Shown piece by piece: positions 12,987 to 25,900 of a stretch of DNA of 64,000 bases. Position numbers and translations under genes: made by a program. This DNA comes from Bilabrum cf. latius (lineage: Eukaryota). Location: NCBI GenBank assembly GCA_965178125.1, contig OZ237749.1:1054001-1118000 (forward strand), read 5' to 3'. The notes below the pieces were generated by a model. The model had not been told where the DNA came from and made no database searches. It saw only the letters and a list, made by a program, of their open reading frames with translations. Positions within the stretch are counted from its first letter, which is position 1. Each line of letters opens with the position of its first letter.

Positions 12987-15900
12987 TGCTGGGAAATCAC
13001 CCAGTCTCCGCCCCACTCTCGTTCACAGAGGAGGCATGGGCGTCATCGACAAGCAGTCCGTTGGCTCGATCGCACCGACCGGTGGAGAACACCGACTGAA
13101 CCAAGCAAGACATTCCAGCGCTCCCACAGCGACATCCACATGGACGCCCAGCTGGCGCTAGGATTCACAAGGCTCCTTGCGGCCGTCCATGCTGCGTCTC
13201 CTGCTGCGCCTCTCTCTGGTCACTCCCCGGCTCCTCAGAGGAGTCCTCCATGCCGCCCCACGAACTCAAATACGAACACCTGCCGACACAGACAGAGACG
13301 GTCGCTGAAATCAGCATCACGAACTCCATTTCCCGACATTTCCCCACACGTTGCTACCTATCAGTGCCACCATCGAGATATCTCGCTCCCACTGTCCTTG
13401 CCATCATATCCCATTAGCTTTGGCTCTCCGTCATGGATCTCCAGAGCCACCGCCCACACGTCGTCATGGTCCCACAACGACTCACCATGCTTGTCAACAA
13501 CGTGCAGCACCCCTCTCACGTCAAAGATCAGCGTATACGGCCCCTCTCCCTCCCCGTACGTCCCGGTGTGCCAAATAGACTTCCCGTGCTTGTACAGCAC
13601 CAGGTTGCCATCTCCCTACATCTCCAGCCGCACACCACCATCCACATGCGACCGAAGCGACTGGCCCTGGAGCAGCCGCTCACCGGGGAACATGGTTATG
13701 TGAACACCACCATGCTTCTTCGGCAGAACTTCTTCACAGGCCCAGTGGGCCTTCGGGTCGCACACCACGTCTCCTGGCTGGTAGTTGAGGCCGTCGAGGT
13801 CCGAGTTCCAGGTGCCGTAAAAATCCCAAGCTCCTACGCTGTCGAAGTTGTTCGTCCGGGTTGCCCAGATCCACTCCCCTGTGTGCCGGTACAGCACCAC
13901 ATTTCCATCAGACTACACATCAAGCCTATCAACAGGCCGCTTGGTGGAGCCCTCGATCCTCCACTTGACGTCCAGCTTGTTCTCGCCAAGGACCATGAGA
14001 TCACCGTCCCCATCAAGAAGCAACGTGTGCGGCTGGTTCACCCCGTTGACGTGGTACTTGTCGTTGTCGTCGCTGCTGTCCCACAACGCCACGGTCTTGC
14101 GGTCACTAAATCCCCACGGGTCGTAAGTCTCGTACAGAACGAGGTTGCCGTCGCTCTACATGCGCAGGTCCATGTCGTGCCAGTCACCGTCGTCGTCCGT
14201 GATGCCGTGCCTCCTGAGCGCGAACGGTGAGGCGATGCCCTGCCCCCTGCGTAGGTTGTCGTTCACGTCCTGCGATCGTATATCGCACTGCTCCATGTTG
14301 GTATTACTGCAGTCGTCACTAGAGCGTGTACTGCTGGCACCGACACCAACCTGCAGCAGCGCGTCTGCCTCCTTGTCCTACTTAATTTTTTGCCTGACGA
14401 ATTCGCGCTCTGCCCGAGCACCCCCGCTTGCCAAAATTTTCAGGGTCAGCTTCTTGGTGATCGTGTTCCTAGACTTGCGCAGCAACTTCATGCCCAGCTT
14501 TGACGCAAGGGTCTTGACCACGTCAATACCAGCCACGTACTGCTGCTCAGCATGCTTGATGATTGACTTGAGAACATCTTCCTAGACACCTCCAGCGTTT
14601 TTGAGCTAAGACACCAACTCGTGCTGCTGCTACTCCCCAAGACCCTCCCAGAGACCCACAAAATCCTAATACTTCGTAGCAGACTCCATGGCCAGCCTGT
14701 CCGACTCCTCCAAAACCTGCCCCCTCGACGCGCCACCAAACACAGCAACATCCAGCAGCAGGTCTGGGTCTGCTTTGGCCTCGTCGGCAACATCGATCAC
14801 AGCGTCGACATAATCGACATCCACCATACGCCTATCGATGTCTACGATTTCCAGTGCTTTTGCCCAAGCCAGGCTGTCCGCCGCGTCGTCAACGCTGCAC
14901 CCCTTGCTCGCAGTGGCCATGAGGCTGCGGTGCGTGCCAACGTCCTGCAGAGCAACGAGCTTCGTGTAAGCTGCAAGATCGTCTGCAGCATCCATGGCCA
15001 GCAAACGCATTGGCTACAGCTCCTTGCTAGTCGCTACAACGGCCAGCACATTCCCCTGAGGCGCGGCGAAGCCGCACGCTGCTGCCAACTTGTACTGCCG
15101 GACGGCTTCCCGGGACTCTTGCATGGTCGCGCCAAAGTTCTTCAGCATGATGTCGTCCACCACTGCAGCATCCAGACCCTGGTCCACAAGCTCCTGTCCG
15201 TACTTGAGCAGTGCATCCTGCTACCGGAACACAGCACCTACCTGCGTGAGGTCAAGGGCCGCTTGTCTGACGCGGTCTTCGCTGACAGCGAGCGCCTCTG
15301 CAGCGCCCTTCCACTCCTTCGATGCCTCAAGGTGCTAGAATGCACTCTTGTCCGCCTGAAGCACCTTGTCGTACTCTTCAGCCAAGTGACTCATATCAAT
15401 GGCAGCACCGTCGGGACCAGTGATCGAGCTAGGCAGTGGCTGCATTTGCATCACGCCACCTTCCATGCTCTCCTTGAGCCAGGCTTCCCCTTGCAGTGGC
15501 GGTGCATGCTTCGGAGGCTTCAGAGCGTGAGGTGCATTCACGATGCTATCTGCATCAGGGGCCTTGCCATCCTCCAGGTAGAGCTTGCCGTCTTGGCCGA
15601 GCACGTCGGTATTCTCGCCGTTTTCGACGAAGGTGTGCCTGTCTTCCATGTCAAGATCCAAGGCGTCATCCACCTTACTATTCGAGTCATCCAGCACCAG
15701 CTTTGCAGTGCCGTCCTCGCCGATCTGCTTCTCAATTACGATGACATCATCACCGTCTCGCTAGGAGAGCCGCTTCTGAAGGTCCTCTACATGCCGGTCT
15801 GACAGCCCTCCCACGCTGCCCTTGGCGTTGGGATCCGTAGGTCCTGTTTCCATCAGCTCCTTGACACTGCTCTCGTCTAGCTGGAACTCCGGTGCTGGCA

Positions 15901-18900
15901 CGGCGTCTTCAGCATCCACGCCAGGCTTCCTCCTGAGAGTTGCAGGGTCAGGCAGGGCGCTCAACTCCTCGAGGTTGTCATACAGCTCTTCAATGTAGTC
16001 GATAGTACTATCGCCAGGCTCCAGGCCCATACGCTTGTACTCTCTCGCGAGATCTTCCGGTGATGCTTCGTCGTACAGCATCTGCCACTCCCTGCGCGCC
16101 TGTGGGATTGCGGCGTCCGCGGCATCTCTCGCCTAGCGAATCTGTGCCGGTGACGCATCTGTGAGAAGCACATGCTTGCTGATGTACTCCAAGTCTGCGC
16201 CCATGGCATCTGCGGAATCCAGCAGCTCCACGGCGTGATTGAGACGGAAGGCTTCAGCCTCTTGCAAAGCCAGCCGCTTTCCCGTCTCGAAGACGGCGTC
16301 AGACTGGGTATCGACAACCTGGCGAAGACAGGCGGAATTCGCGAAGGGAAGGTACGTGGGATCAAGTACAAGTCGGGCATCTTGCAAACGCTCGGCCACG
16401 GCCGTCAACTCCCCAGTGTTGAACCGGTGCTTCAGGGATCCCACGACATCCTGCACGTCCCAGCACGCGACGGTCCATGGCATTTCCATCGCATTGAAAT
16501 ACACACCTAGCTGAGCCGCTGTGAACGTGTCGAGCTCCTTCTGCAGTTGTGCTGTAGACGTGCCGAACTGGACCTTGAGGAATGTGTCCTTGTCAATGCC
16601 TTTCGAGGCCGCCTCATCCGCGTACTTGGACATGTACACATACCTGTCACCCGTGGCCATGATGCGGTTCATGGAGGAAGCGAACGAGTGGGTGATTTCG
16701 GGATCCATCCCTTCCTAAAAAGAGCGACTGTCGATCTTGGCCTACAACTTGCGGTTGGCCTTCAACATCTCGTCGTATTCGTCAGCCAGGTGGCTCAAGT
16801 CCAGCACAATCTCCTCCCCGGCGTCATTCACGACCTGGTATTCCCTCGGCAGCGACTGCAGGTCTGCGATCTGGAAAGATCTCTGGTCGACGGGCGCCCT
16901 TTGCATCTTGACCTTTTGGGAGTTCACCGAGCGCATGGCACCCCTTCGCTTAGGCCCCGTGGTTGCAAGGCCATCCGAGCCTGCGTAACCCTCCACAATG
17001 GTGGGCTCCCCGTGCTTGATCGTGGAAGTGCCCTCGGCTAGCATTTCGTCATTTAGCCGCCCCGAGGCCATCTCATCAGCAACTTTGCTCCTGAAGGCCA
17101 TCTCGCTCAAGAACTCACCATCCTCTACAGAGCCACCCATGTCCTTCCGCACCCTGTCCATGAGCACCTCCTGCATTTCATCCCACTCACCCACGTCGAA
17201 TTGCACTGACTGCAGGAGTTCTTTGCGCTTTTGGGCTACCTTCGCCTCTACTTTCTTGAGCCGCTTGGCCACCGCAGCAGGGTCTGCCTCAACTCCAATG
17301 TACTTCAGCGCGATGGAGGGGTCTGCTCCCATGTCAGTGGCGCCGTCAACAAACACGCTCGCGGCGCTTAGCATGGTTGCTTCGTACTCCAGATCGGCGA
17401 GCTCAGAGGCGTGCTTGAAGGCAAGGTTATCAGCGGGCGGGTTGGATGCTAGCGGGCTCTTGACCTACATGTACTTGAGGGTCATAGAGTGCGATACATC
17501 CACATCAATCCCAAGCGGGTTGATTGGCATGAAGAGGTCATCCAACCCCTCCCGGAAGGAATCGAATTTACCATTGGCATCAAGCTCCAGGCCTGCACTC
17601 CACTCGAATGGCTGGCCAGGCTTCCTCGGACTGCTACGCGTGTAGGTGCCGGGGCGCACAAAGATACTATCAACGTCCTTCTTGGGCACTCCCTGGATGG
17701 GTGATACCTACCACAGCATGGCCATTGCGTAGGCATCGTCCGCTTGCCGCGCCTGAGACAGAGTCATGCCCACGTGCTGCTTCAGAACTGCGTCCGCGTC
17801 TAGCCCTTGCGCCGCCAGAGCATCACCGTACTCGACAATGGCGTGCTGCCTCGCAAAGTTCGCATTCAGCTCAATGCTCTGTTTAGCCAGGTGCCGCTGC
17901 TCCTCAAGGGGCTAGGCACCGATCTTGCCGGTGGAGGGGAAGGTGGCCCCATCCATGGCCTCATAGTACTTCTTGTTCATGGCAAGATCGCCATCCAGGT
18001 TATCTAGCAGCCTGCCGAGGTCGAGCTGTACCCCGTCAGGCGTCTTGACCTTGCGGGGCAGAGAAGGCACCTAGAGATCTGTGATGGATGTCGTGGGAGG
18101 GGCAGATCCCACTTTGGCCTTGGGCACCGGCTTGGACTTGGCACCGAGCGGCCGCTACGGTACCCCTACCGCGTCAGGATCGGGCTTGCTCTTGTACCCG
18201 GGCACGATTGCGTCATCAGCCGGGCGAGAGCTTCCACTACCGATGGTTTTGCTCTTCTTGTACGGCGCTACTCCGTCTACGACGTCATCAAGTCCCTTCT
18301 GAAACAAATCGTCGATCTATTTGCTGGCGGCTGACTGACCAGGCGCCTTGAGCGGGGCATCAAGAGATCGAATCAGATGTGTTTTTATGGCCTGCTCCCC
18401 TGCTTGTTGCACCACATCCTTGATCACCCCCGTGCCGGCCTTCTAGGTGGTCTTCCGCAGCACCTTGGAAACTGCCTGCTTGCCGCCATAATGGGCGAGG
18501 ATGCCTAAAGACTTTCCAAAGTTGGCCAGCTCCATCGGGGTTGCCGCGGCGTTCTTGAACACCACCCACGGGGCCTTCACCACAAACTTGCCCACTTTCA
18601 TGCCCCCCTTGACGGCCCCAATCACGGCAGTCTTGCAGACTCCCAGAACTCCGAGCTATTTCGCCCGCGCAGGAGACTTCGCGAACACCTTGGCCAACTT
18701 GTTAGCCCCTACCTTGATGCCTACGGCCCCGTGCTTGAGACCTCTAGCCACCTTGATAGCCGCCGACTTCACACTCTTTGCCACGATCTTGATCATGGAA
18801 CCGATGTCCTTGGCAACACCTTTTGCCCCAGCACGCGCAACATACCTAGCCAGCTGCACCGGAGACATGACGACTTTCGATGCCGTCTTGAGCGCGCTCT

Positions 18901-21714
18901 TCGCACCAGCCAACAAGGTGGCTTTTGCCATCTTTATGGCCGCCTTGGCCCCAAACTTGACCGTGAACTTTGCCACCGCGTACGACCCGCCCGTCAGTAG
19001 AGACAGGGCAACGTCGCCCACTAGCTCAGAGACAAACTGACTCAGGAACTTGGACCACTGAAAGAAACTGTCCCCACTCGCAGGGTTGAAGCGAGTCCAG
19101 GCCGAACCGTACAGCGAGTAGTCGGAGAGCACGGCCTGCGGCCACTTGTCGTCCTCTTCGTGCCACTCCGCCGTGTTGGTCCGAAACACGGGCTCCTGCC
19201 CTGCAGCGAAGAGCACTGCATTACCGTCCCACTGCAGGTGGAATCTCCAGCGAGGGAAGCTGTGCGCAGGGGATGTCACAAGGAACACCTCCGCAGGGGA
19301 AGAAAATGCAGCCGTGATACCCCTGTCAAACACATCTGCAATCAGGGTTGTGGGCGACATGACCTTGTCCAGAGCCCCCAGCTTGTCGGGAGTCACGAGA
19401 GTGTTGTAGAGCTTGAGGCTATCCACAAACCACAGGATCTGTCCGCCCCCATCCACGATTGCCATCTCGGCCATAGATGTCATCACAAGGGCGTATGGGC
19501 CCTTCTGCTTGGCCTTGCGCTCCTTTATTTCATCTGTGTCCTCATGAAAAGACCCTGCGTGCGTAAAGCTACTCCACACGGCCTTATTCCTACCAAGGTA
19601 AAGGACCAGATTGCCGTCGGTCTACATGGTAAGCCGACCCAGCGGCACCTCCAGCGACTTGCCCTCCCTCAGGATCTAGCCCGAATGCATCGATTCAGAG
19701 CCCTCGGGCACATCCTCGCACTGGTCAAGCTGCTGCACGGTGCACGTGGGGCTGAACGGATTGTCTGTACGCGCCCTGAACCTGATGAGCCTCTGCCCAT
19801 GCTTGCCCAGTGGATTCGTAACAGAATCACCGGGGACTGTCACCGTGCTCCAAACCATGTGCGGATCTGCCATGGTGGCCTGCACGGCAGCTGCTTCAGT
19901 GCATGGGTCCCTCGGGTGCCTCGTGTCTGCGCGGTACACGTTGAAGTTCACCTGGGAGTCCTCCCAGTCGCCGTCGTTCGGCCTCCGCTTGACTCCCACA
20001 ACGGTAGCGCATGTGATAGGTCCCGCGTCTCCCGTATCCTCACGCCAAGTTACAGCTCCATCCCCATCGATGAGGGTCAGATCGCCCGCAGACGTCAAGA
20101 CAAGGGCGTAAGGGCCGTTCCTGTCGCTCTCGTCTGTCACTGACGTTTCGGTGGACCAAAGGGGGCGATATGGATGCTACTCCAGCTCCTTGGCAAGGTC
20201 TCGGTCCTGGTTGTCCCTGCATTTGCATACGACCCCGGGGGTGGCGCAGTTGTAGGCGCCTCCTTTGATCTCCATCTTGCTAGAGTAAAACTTGTCCTCG
20301 TCCTCGTCATACCACGCCGAGCAAGAAGTCTCCCGCATATAGAGCACCAGGTTGCCATCCGACTGCACCGTAAGCTTCGTGTCAACGACGTTGAGGTACG
20401 GTACCCCGCTGCGGGTGGGTATCTCAAAATCGGCTGCAAAGTCAAGTACCACGTTGAGGCCTTTGCGGAGGCCCTGCAGGAAATTCCCATCCACCGTCAT
20501 GGTGGTGATGACCCTCCGCAAGGAGTGGCCCTGCGTAATCAGCTGCCCGGGACGGAGGGATGATGCAGAATCCCCCACGTCTTCGCACACCGTGACATCC
20601 CCCTCCCCGCAGAAGCCCATGCCGTCTTGGCGCATCAGGTCCACCATCCAGTGCGTGCTCCAAAAATCCTGACTGTAGCCGCGGCGCAGCTTGGTGTAGC
20701 GCTCCCACCCGTTCATATCTTCGAGGCTCTACCAGCCAAAGTCCATGAGCAGATCTGCCCACTCGGACTTGATCTCAGTGCGCGTTTCCCAGATGACGCG
20801 GTGCTGCTAGTCCTGGATCTCGACGTTGCCCCGCTTTGTGATGTGAAGCCTCTTGATACGGCCCGCCGCAGAGGCGGAGCGAGACCATATCTCCTGCAAC
20901 TGACCGGCTTCTTTTGCGGCAGCGAGTGCCTGAAGGACGTTGTCGTCGTCATGGCCGTGCACCGCTGCCCGAAGAATCACGAGGTCCCCCTCTGACGTCA
21001 ACATCAGCGCAAACTGGCCATGCCCCCCGTCCTGATTGGAGTTTGACCTCCATATTGGACTGTTCATCCCGCCGAAATGCTCGAAAAGCTCCAGGTTGCC
21101 GTTCCCTTGAACGCACAGTTTGGCAAAGACTCCGTGAGCATCCCGAATGTGGGATTGCAAACAGCCAGACTGTTTGAGCACCTCACCAGGCAAAAGATCG
21201 CTGCTTTCGCCATTACCCTTCGCCTCCTTGCACCCAGATAGATCCTCCGAGTCGCAATGCGAAGCCGAGGCGCTGTGCCGATTCCGCCTGGCTCTTTGCC
21301 CAAAACTTCCACTTCTGGCATCCAGCGAGAGAAACTCCTTCAGATTCGCCGCATCCACCATGTAGAACAGCATTATTGAAATTGCAAGGTAGCTCGAAAC
21401 CTGTCCTAGGCGGCCTGACATCCTTCGCAACCGAAATCTGCAGATCGAATGGCTCGGTTGTCCGATAGAAAGACTTTTTGGGGATGCGTTGAAAACCGTG
21501 ATAAACGTGAACTTGTTTGGATATTATAGGCTATGCCTTTTGAGCTCTGTTTCGGTTGAGGCCAGGGTGTACTACTTTTCACAAGAAGAGCTTGGTATGG
21601 CCGCGGCGCCGGCGGCGGCCTGATTTCTTTACAAAATTAAACTAAATTAATCTGGTATTCTCTGGTGCAGCTACACATTGGCCATTTACGGCGACTAATG
21701 AAGAGAGGAAAGTC
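12917..21714. repeat. Segmental duplication unit 2
   Basis: Direct repeat of 300-9104; similarity ends at ...gaaagtc (9104/21714). Confidence 0.93.
13361..21421 (-). CDS. Giant secreted B-lectin domain protein, copy 2 (~2686 aa with TAG=Gln)
   Basis: Near-identical paralogue of 744-8777 at offsets 12617/12647/12644, so only in-frame indels (+30, -3 nt). ATG 21421, TGA 13361-13363. Confidence 0.88.
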
Positions 21715-21975
21715 ACATCGTCATTTTTAATCATCAACATCACCCTCGAGATCCCGCACAGGACCCTCGTCCAACAAAAGCATGAAGATGTGGATGAGGG
21801 AATTCGGTGTCACCGTGACTACCTTTTCTTTGATGCACATCGGCTTTTGAGAGCACTCTTTCGCCCCGCCCACCTCATACAGTATTTCTATCTCTATTAA
21901 ATAAGTGGCGATTACGTTAGTTGCTAACTGAAACATAATGTTCCGAGTCATTGGTAGCAGAGTCATCACGCTGCA

Positions 21976-22067
21976 TTGTTGGTGAGGCCAGCAAGGTCTC
22001 TGAGATTGAGGTCGCTCGGTGGGCGCAGGACCCGCTCGAGGTGCAGGATCAGATGCGACGTAGCGGT
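21976..22067. repeat. Inverted diverged copy of a ~90-bp segment present at ~22781-22876 and ~11615-11708
   Basis: ggtgaggcc..gagattgaggtc..gggcgcag..cccgctcgaggtgcag is the reverse complement of ctgcacctcgagcgggtactgcgccc..gacctcaatctc..ggcctcacc. Confidence 0.75.
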
Positions 22068-22119
22068 GCGGAGGAGAGGGAGAGAGAGATCGGCTAGTGA
22101 TGAAGAGCAGGAACGGCGG

Positions 22120-22292
22120 CGACTCGGGGTGGGCGAGGGATGGAAGGGGGCGAAGGGGGTGAGGGTGGAGCAGAGAGAGAGAGGGCGAGGGATTTGGGGG
22201 GGGGGGGCGGAGGTAGATAGGGCGAGGGATTAGGGGGGGGGGGGGGGGGCGAAGCGGAGTGAAGGGGGCGGCGGTTCACCAAGTGGGGGGGA
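22120..22292 (+). repeat. G-rich low-complexity tract with long poly-G runs
   Basis: Long G runs at ~22195-22207 and ~22233-22249 plus several G4-G7 runs. Confidence 0.8.
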
Positions 22293-22924
22293 AGTAGTGG
22301 AGGAGAAGATGATTGGTGGGGGTATCCGGATCGGGTTGTTACGGCGGATTGGAAGGGGGAGGCACAGGTCGGGCAGGCGGAGGTATGGGCAGGTGTAGTA
22401 CCTTACGAGTGGCTCGTATCAGGGGGGGATCGGATCACCCGACCACATGCGGATGAGGAAGTTGGGAGGTCACAACTAGACTTGAGCGGCAATGAAGCGC
22501 GTGCTATAGCCTATTCGGGCGCTGAGGGGCAGCGCTCGCCAGTATTTGCTTTATTGATCTCTTGCACTACTATGGATTCATGTAACGCACAGAGCGCGCT
22601 GAGCGTAGGGCGGCATCAAAGAACAGTAAACTCCACCAATCATGTCCTGCACTAGGCTAATCCTCCACCCACCCTGTGAACCATCACCCCTCCCTCCGCC
22701 CTCATCTTTCCCACCCATCGTAACTGCCGCTCCTGCACGTGCCTCGCTGGACTTGCTCCACGACCGCTCAGTACCCCCCTTCGCTGCGTCGCACCTACTC
22801 CTCTGCACCTCGAGCGGGTACTGCGCCCAACGCAAGACCTCAATCTCAAAGACCTCGATGGCCTCACCAGCAAAAAAGAGAGAGCTTGCAAGAGCACTTC
22901 ACCCCATCCCATCCAGATGATCGA

Positions 22925-25900
22925 TCACGCCATTGCGATCACACCGTTGGCGCCGTGCATGGCCGCCAGCAGCTTCTCCCGCATGATCTTCTCCGTAGAG
23001 TACTCAGGCAGCTCGATCTAGAAGAAGCACGTGTGCGCGATGGGCAGCGCTCTGTCGCCCAGGTTGCGCAGCCTCGTGTTGGCCATCTTGCCCACCTTGA
23101 AGTTCCTCTCCCACTGGGCACCCTAGGGGGGCAGCTGCGATCGGCCCCACGAGAACTGGATGAAGAGAGACCTCTCCTTGGGAGAAAAGCTCTCCAGCAC
23201 ATTCTTAAGACGCCGGATGACCGGGTGGGTCTTGCTCAAGCCATTGATGAAGGTGATGTGGTCCCACATGCGGTCCACGTTGATGTCCTTCTCTCCGCAC
23301 GCGGCCGTCTCCAGCTCCTCCGCGGTCAGGAGCCGCAGCGCGTTCATGGGGACCACCCGCCCGAGCCCCTTGCGCATGGCCTCGTACGCAGGCTCGTTCT
23401 CAGTGCCCCGCAGCGCCCTCAGGGCTCGGCAGTATGCCAGCACCTCGCCCTTGGTCGGAGCCGACGGACCCCCCGCACCGCTGGCCGCCCCTGCTGCATG
23501 CGCGGTAGGCAGGCCTGGCGGTCTCGCGAGCTAGACGAGAGTCCCGTCCGACCTGCGAGCCTCCCACACGAGCGTAGCTGTGGACAAGTGCCGCAGCACC
23601 CCCGGCACTGGCGTCCCCGGCCCGCCGTCCACATCCTAGGCCTCCTTGCGCAGCTGGTGCTCCATCTGCGCATAGTCCTCGTCCACCTACTCGATCATCC
23701 AGTCAGCGGGTTGCCGCTGCAGCAGCCTGCTCCAGACCATGGCCGCAAACTGGAAGGCTTGCGAGCGCTTGTTACGGATGGCCACTCCAATCAAAATGCC
23801 AGCGGCCTCGAAGGCGCGCATGGCCGCGGGATGCGTGGCGGCTGGGTTGACGATGAACGTCGATCCTCCCGCGAGCGAGTCGGACGGCTTGGGCGATGGC
23901 ATGAACACGTTGAGCATGGACGGGTCGAACATGTTCATCACGCTCTGGGACATTGCCTCGCGGTACAGCCCGCCTGCGTCGATGCCGTCCTCGTCCACCG
24001 TGTCGCCCCGGGTGTTGAAGGTCTGGAACACCACCGTGAACAGCTTCTGGTTGCCGTCCAGAGGGGCCCGCAGGTGCTTGTCGGGCCAGCCCCTCATCTA
24101 GTTGCCCAGCTGCATGAACAGGCACTGGCTCTGAGACGCAGACACGTGGCCCCGGTCCCTCGTCTGCAGTGCCTTCCCGTTGTGCAGCTTCACCTTGCCC
24201 GGCTTGCGGTCCCCAGCCTTGCTCTCGGTGGCCTTCAGGGCCTCGTCCAGGTAGGGCATCTTGCAGTCGGGTAGGATGAAGTGCCGCAGGGCGCCCAGGT
24301 GCGCCGCCAGCGTCCAGCCCCTCTGCCCCGCGCTACTGAGCACGCGATGCGCCACCGCGGACGGCTCAAAGGCAGACACCGGCGTAGCCTCTTGGGACTC
24401 GCCACCGGCCCCCAGCGCGCCAGAGGAGCCGCCCGCCTGCTGCGAGTCGTCCTGCGCGGCCTCTGCAAGCGCGTCCACGTCCACGTAGGGCAGCACCTTG
24501 GCCAGCAGCTGGTTCAGCAGCATTACCACAGACACGCGCAGTCGCAAGCTCTTGAAGTTCGATGGCTCGCAGTGCCGGTGCAGCAGCGGATAGGCCGTGC
24601 GGTGCGCCGCCGTGGGTCGCGCCCACCGATTGTACTGCAGCTGCGACTCCCTGCAGTCCCACTTCTTGGCCAGGTCCCGCAGCCAGCCCACCAGCTGTGC
24701 GTCGTCGGATACCGTCCAGGTGGTCATGAGCCTCTGGGCATCAATCAGGTCGCGGGGACTGCCGGCAGACCCGGCGCTGGTGGCCCTCTTGTTGTGTGCC
24801 ATCTTGTAGCACGAAGCCAAGAATCGCTCAGGTAGCGGCCATCTGTACCGTAATGCAGTGCAGATGCCGATCAGCCACTGGAGCTGGTCGAACGGGTGGG
24901 AAGGTGGCCACGCGGTGAGGCCCGCGACCACGTGCTTGCCGGCCTTGTATCTGTCCGCCTGCATGCTCACGCTCTGGGTCTCGTCAGAGGCGCCGAGCGG
25001 CTCCCCTCGCATGCTGCCGCGGGCCACAGTGGCCGCGCGGCGGGCCATGACTGCCAGCTGCAGCAGCTGCAGCTGCGGGCCCGGGACGCCCACCCCGCTG
25101 GTATCCTTCCTAGCAGCATCGATCTTGGACTTGAGCTTGTCGTAGAGCCCCTGCCCCAGCCGATCCAGCCCCGCGATGGTGGTCGGGTCTGCGCCGGGCC
25201 CTTCGGTGGGCAGCAGCTGCGGAGTGGCCAGCAGCTGGGCCAGCAGGTCCTGCACTTGGGCCTTGTAGGGACGCTTGGGCTCCAGCAGGTGCTTGGTCAG
25301 CGTGTCGATGACTACGGGGCTGTGCAGCGCACCGGTGGCCACCAGCCCGGGGGCATGCGTGCACAGGAACCGCAGCAGGAAAGTCCCGAACTCAAGGGAG
25401 CGGCCCTTGACCACCTGAGACTCCTGGTTCCAACTCAGGTTGCGGAGCGGCATCACGCGCACCCTCCACCCCCACAGGTCTGGCTTGACCTCCCCAAAGT
25501 AGATGCCCTGCGTCACGCGCACGCTGTCTCCGTCAATGAGGGCAGGCATGATTTCAGCGTGTCGGCTGCGACCACGGAGCACCCGAACCGTGTGCTCGGA
25601 AGCGCCGGCCTTCTTGGCCACAGTGACGACCCCCCCCTGCTGCATGGTCACTGCGGGAGTCTTGGTCCTCGAGTCAAACTCCAGCTGCAGCTGCGAGGCG
25701 CCGGGAAACCGGGCCTCCACCCAGTACGGCACTCCGGGTGGCAGTGGGTGCAGCGAGTGCAGGACCAGCGCCTCGCTCTCCACTGCCTTGGACCCACCCG
25801 CTCCTGTCTGCACGCCCGTGATGTTACGGACCACTTCACTGATGAACCCGGCCGCAACGGGATACCGAGCCATGGCATCCCCTGCCGCATCGCTCCCCGC

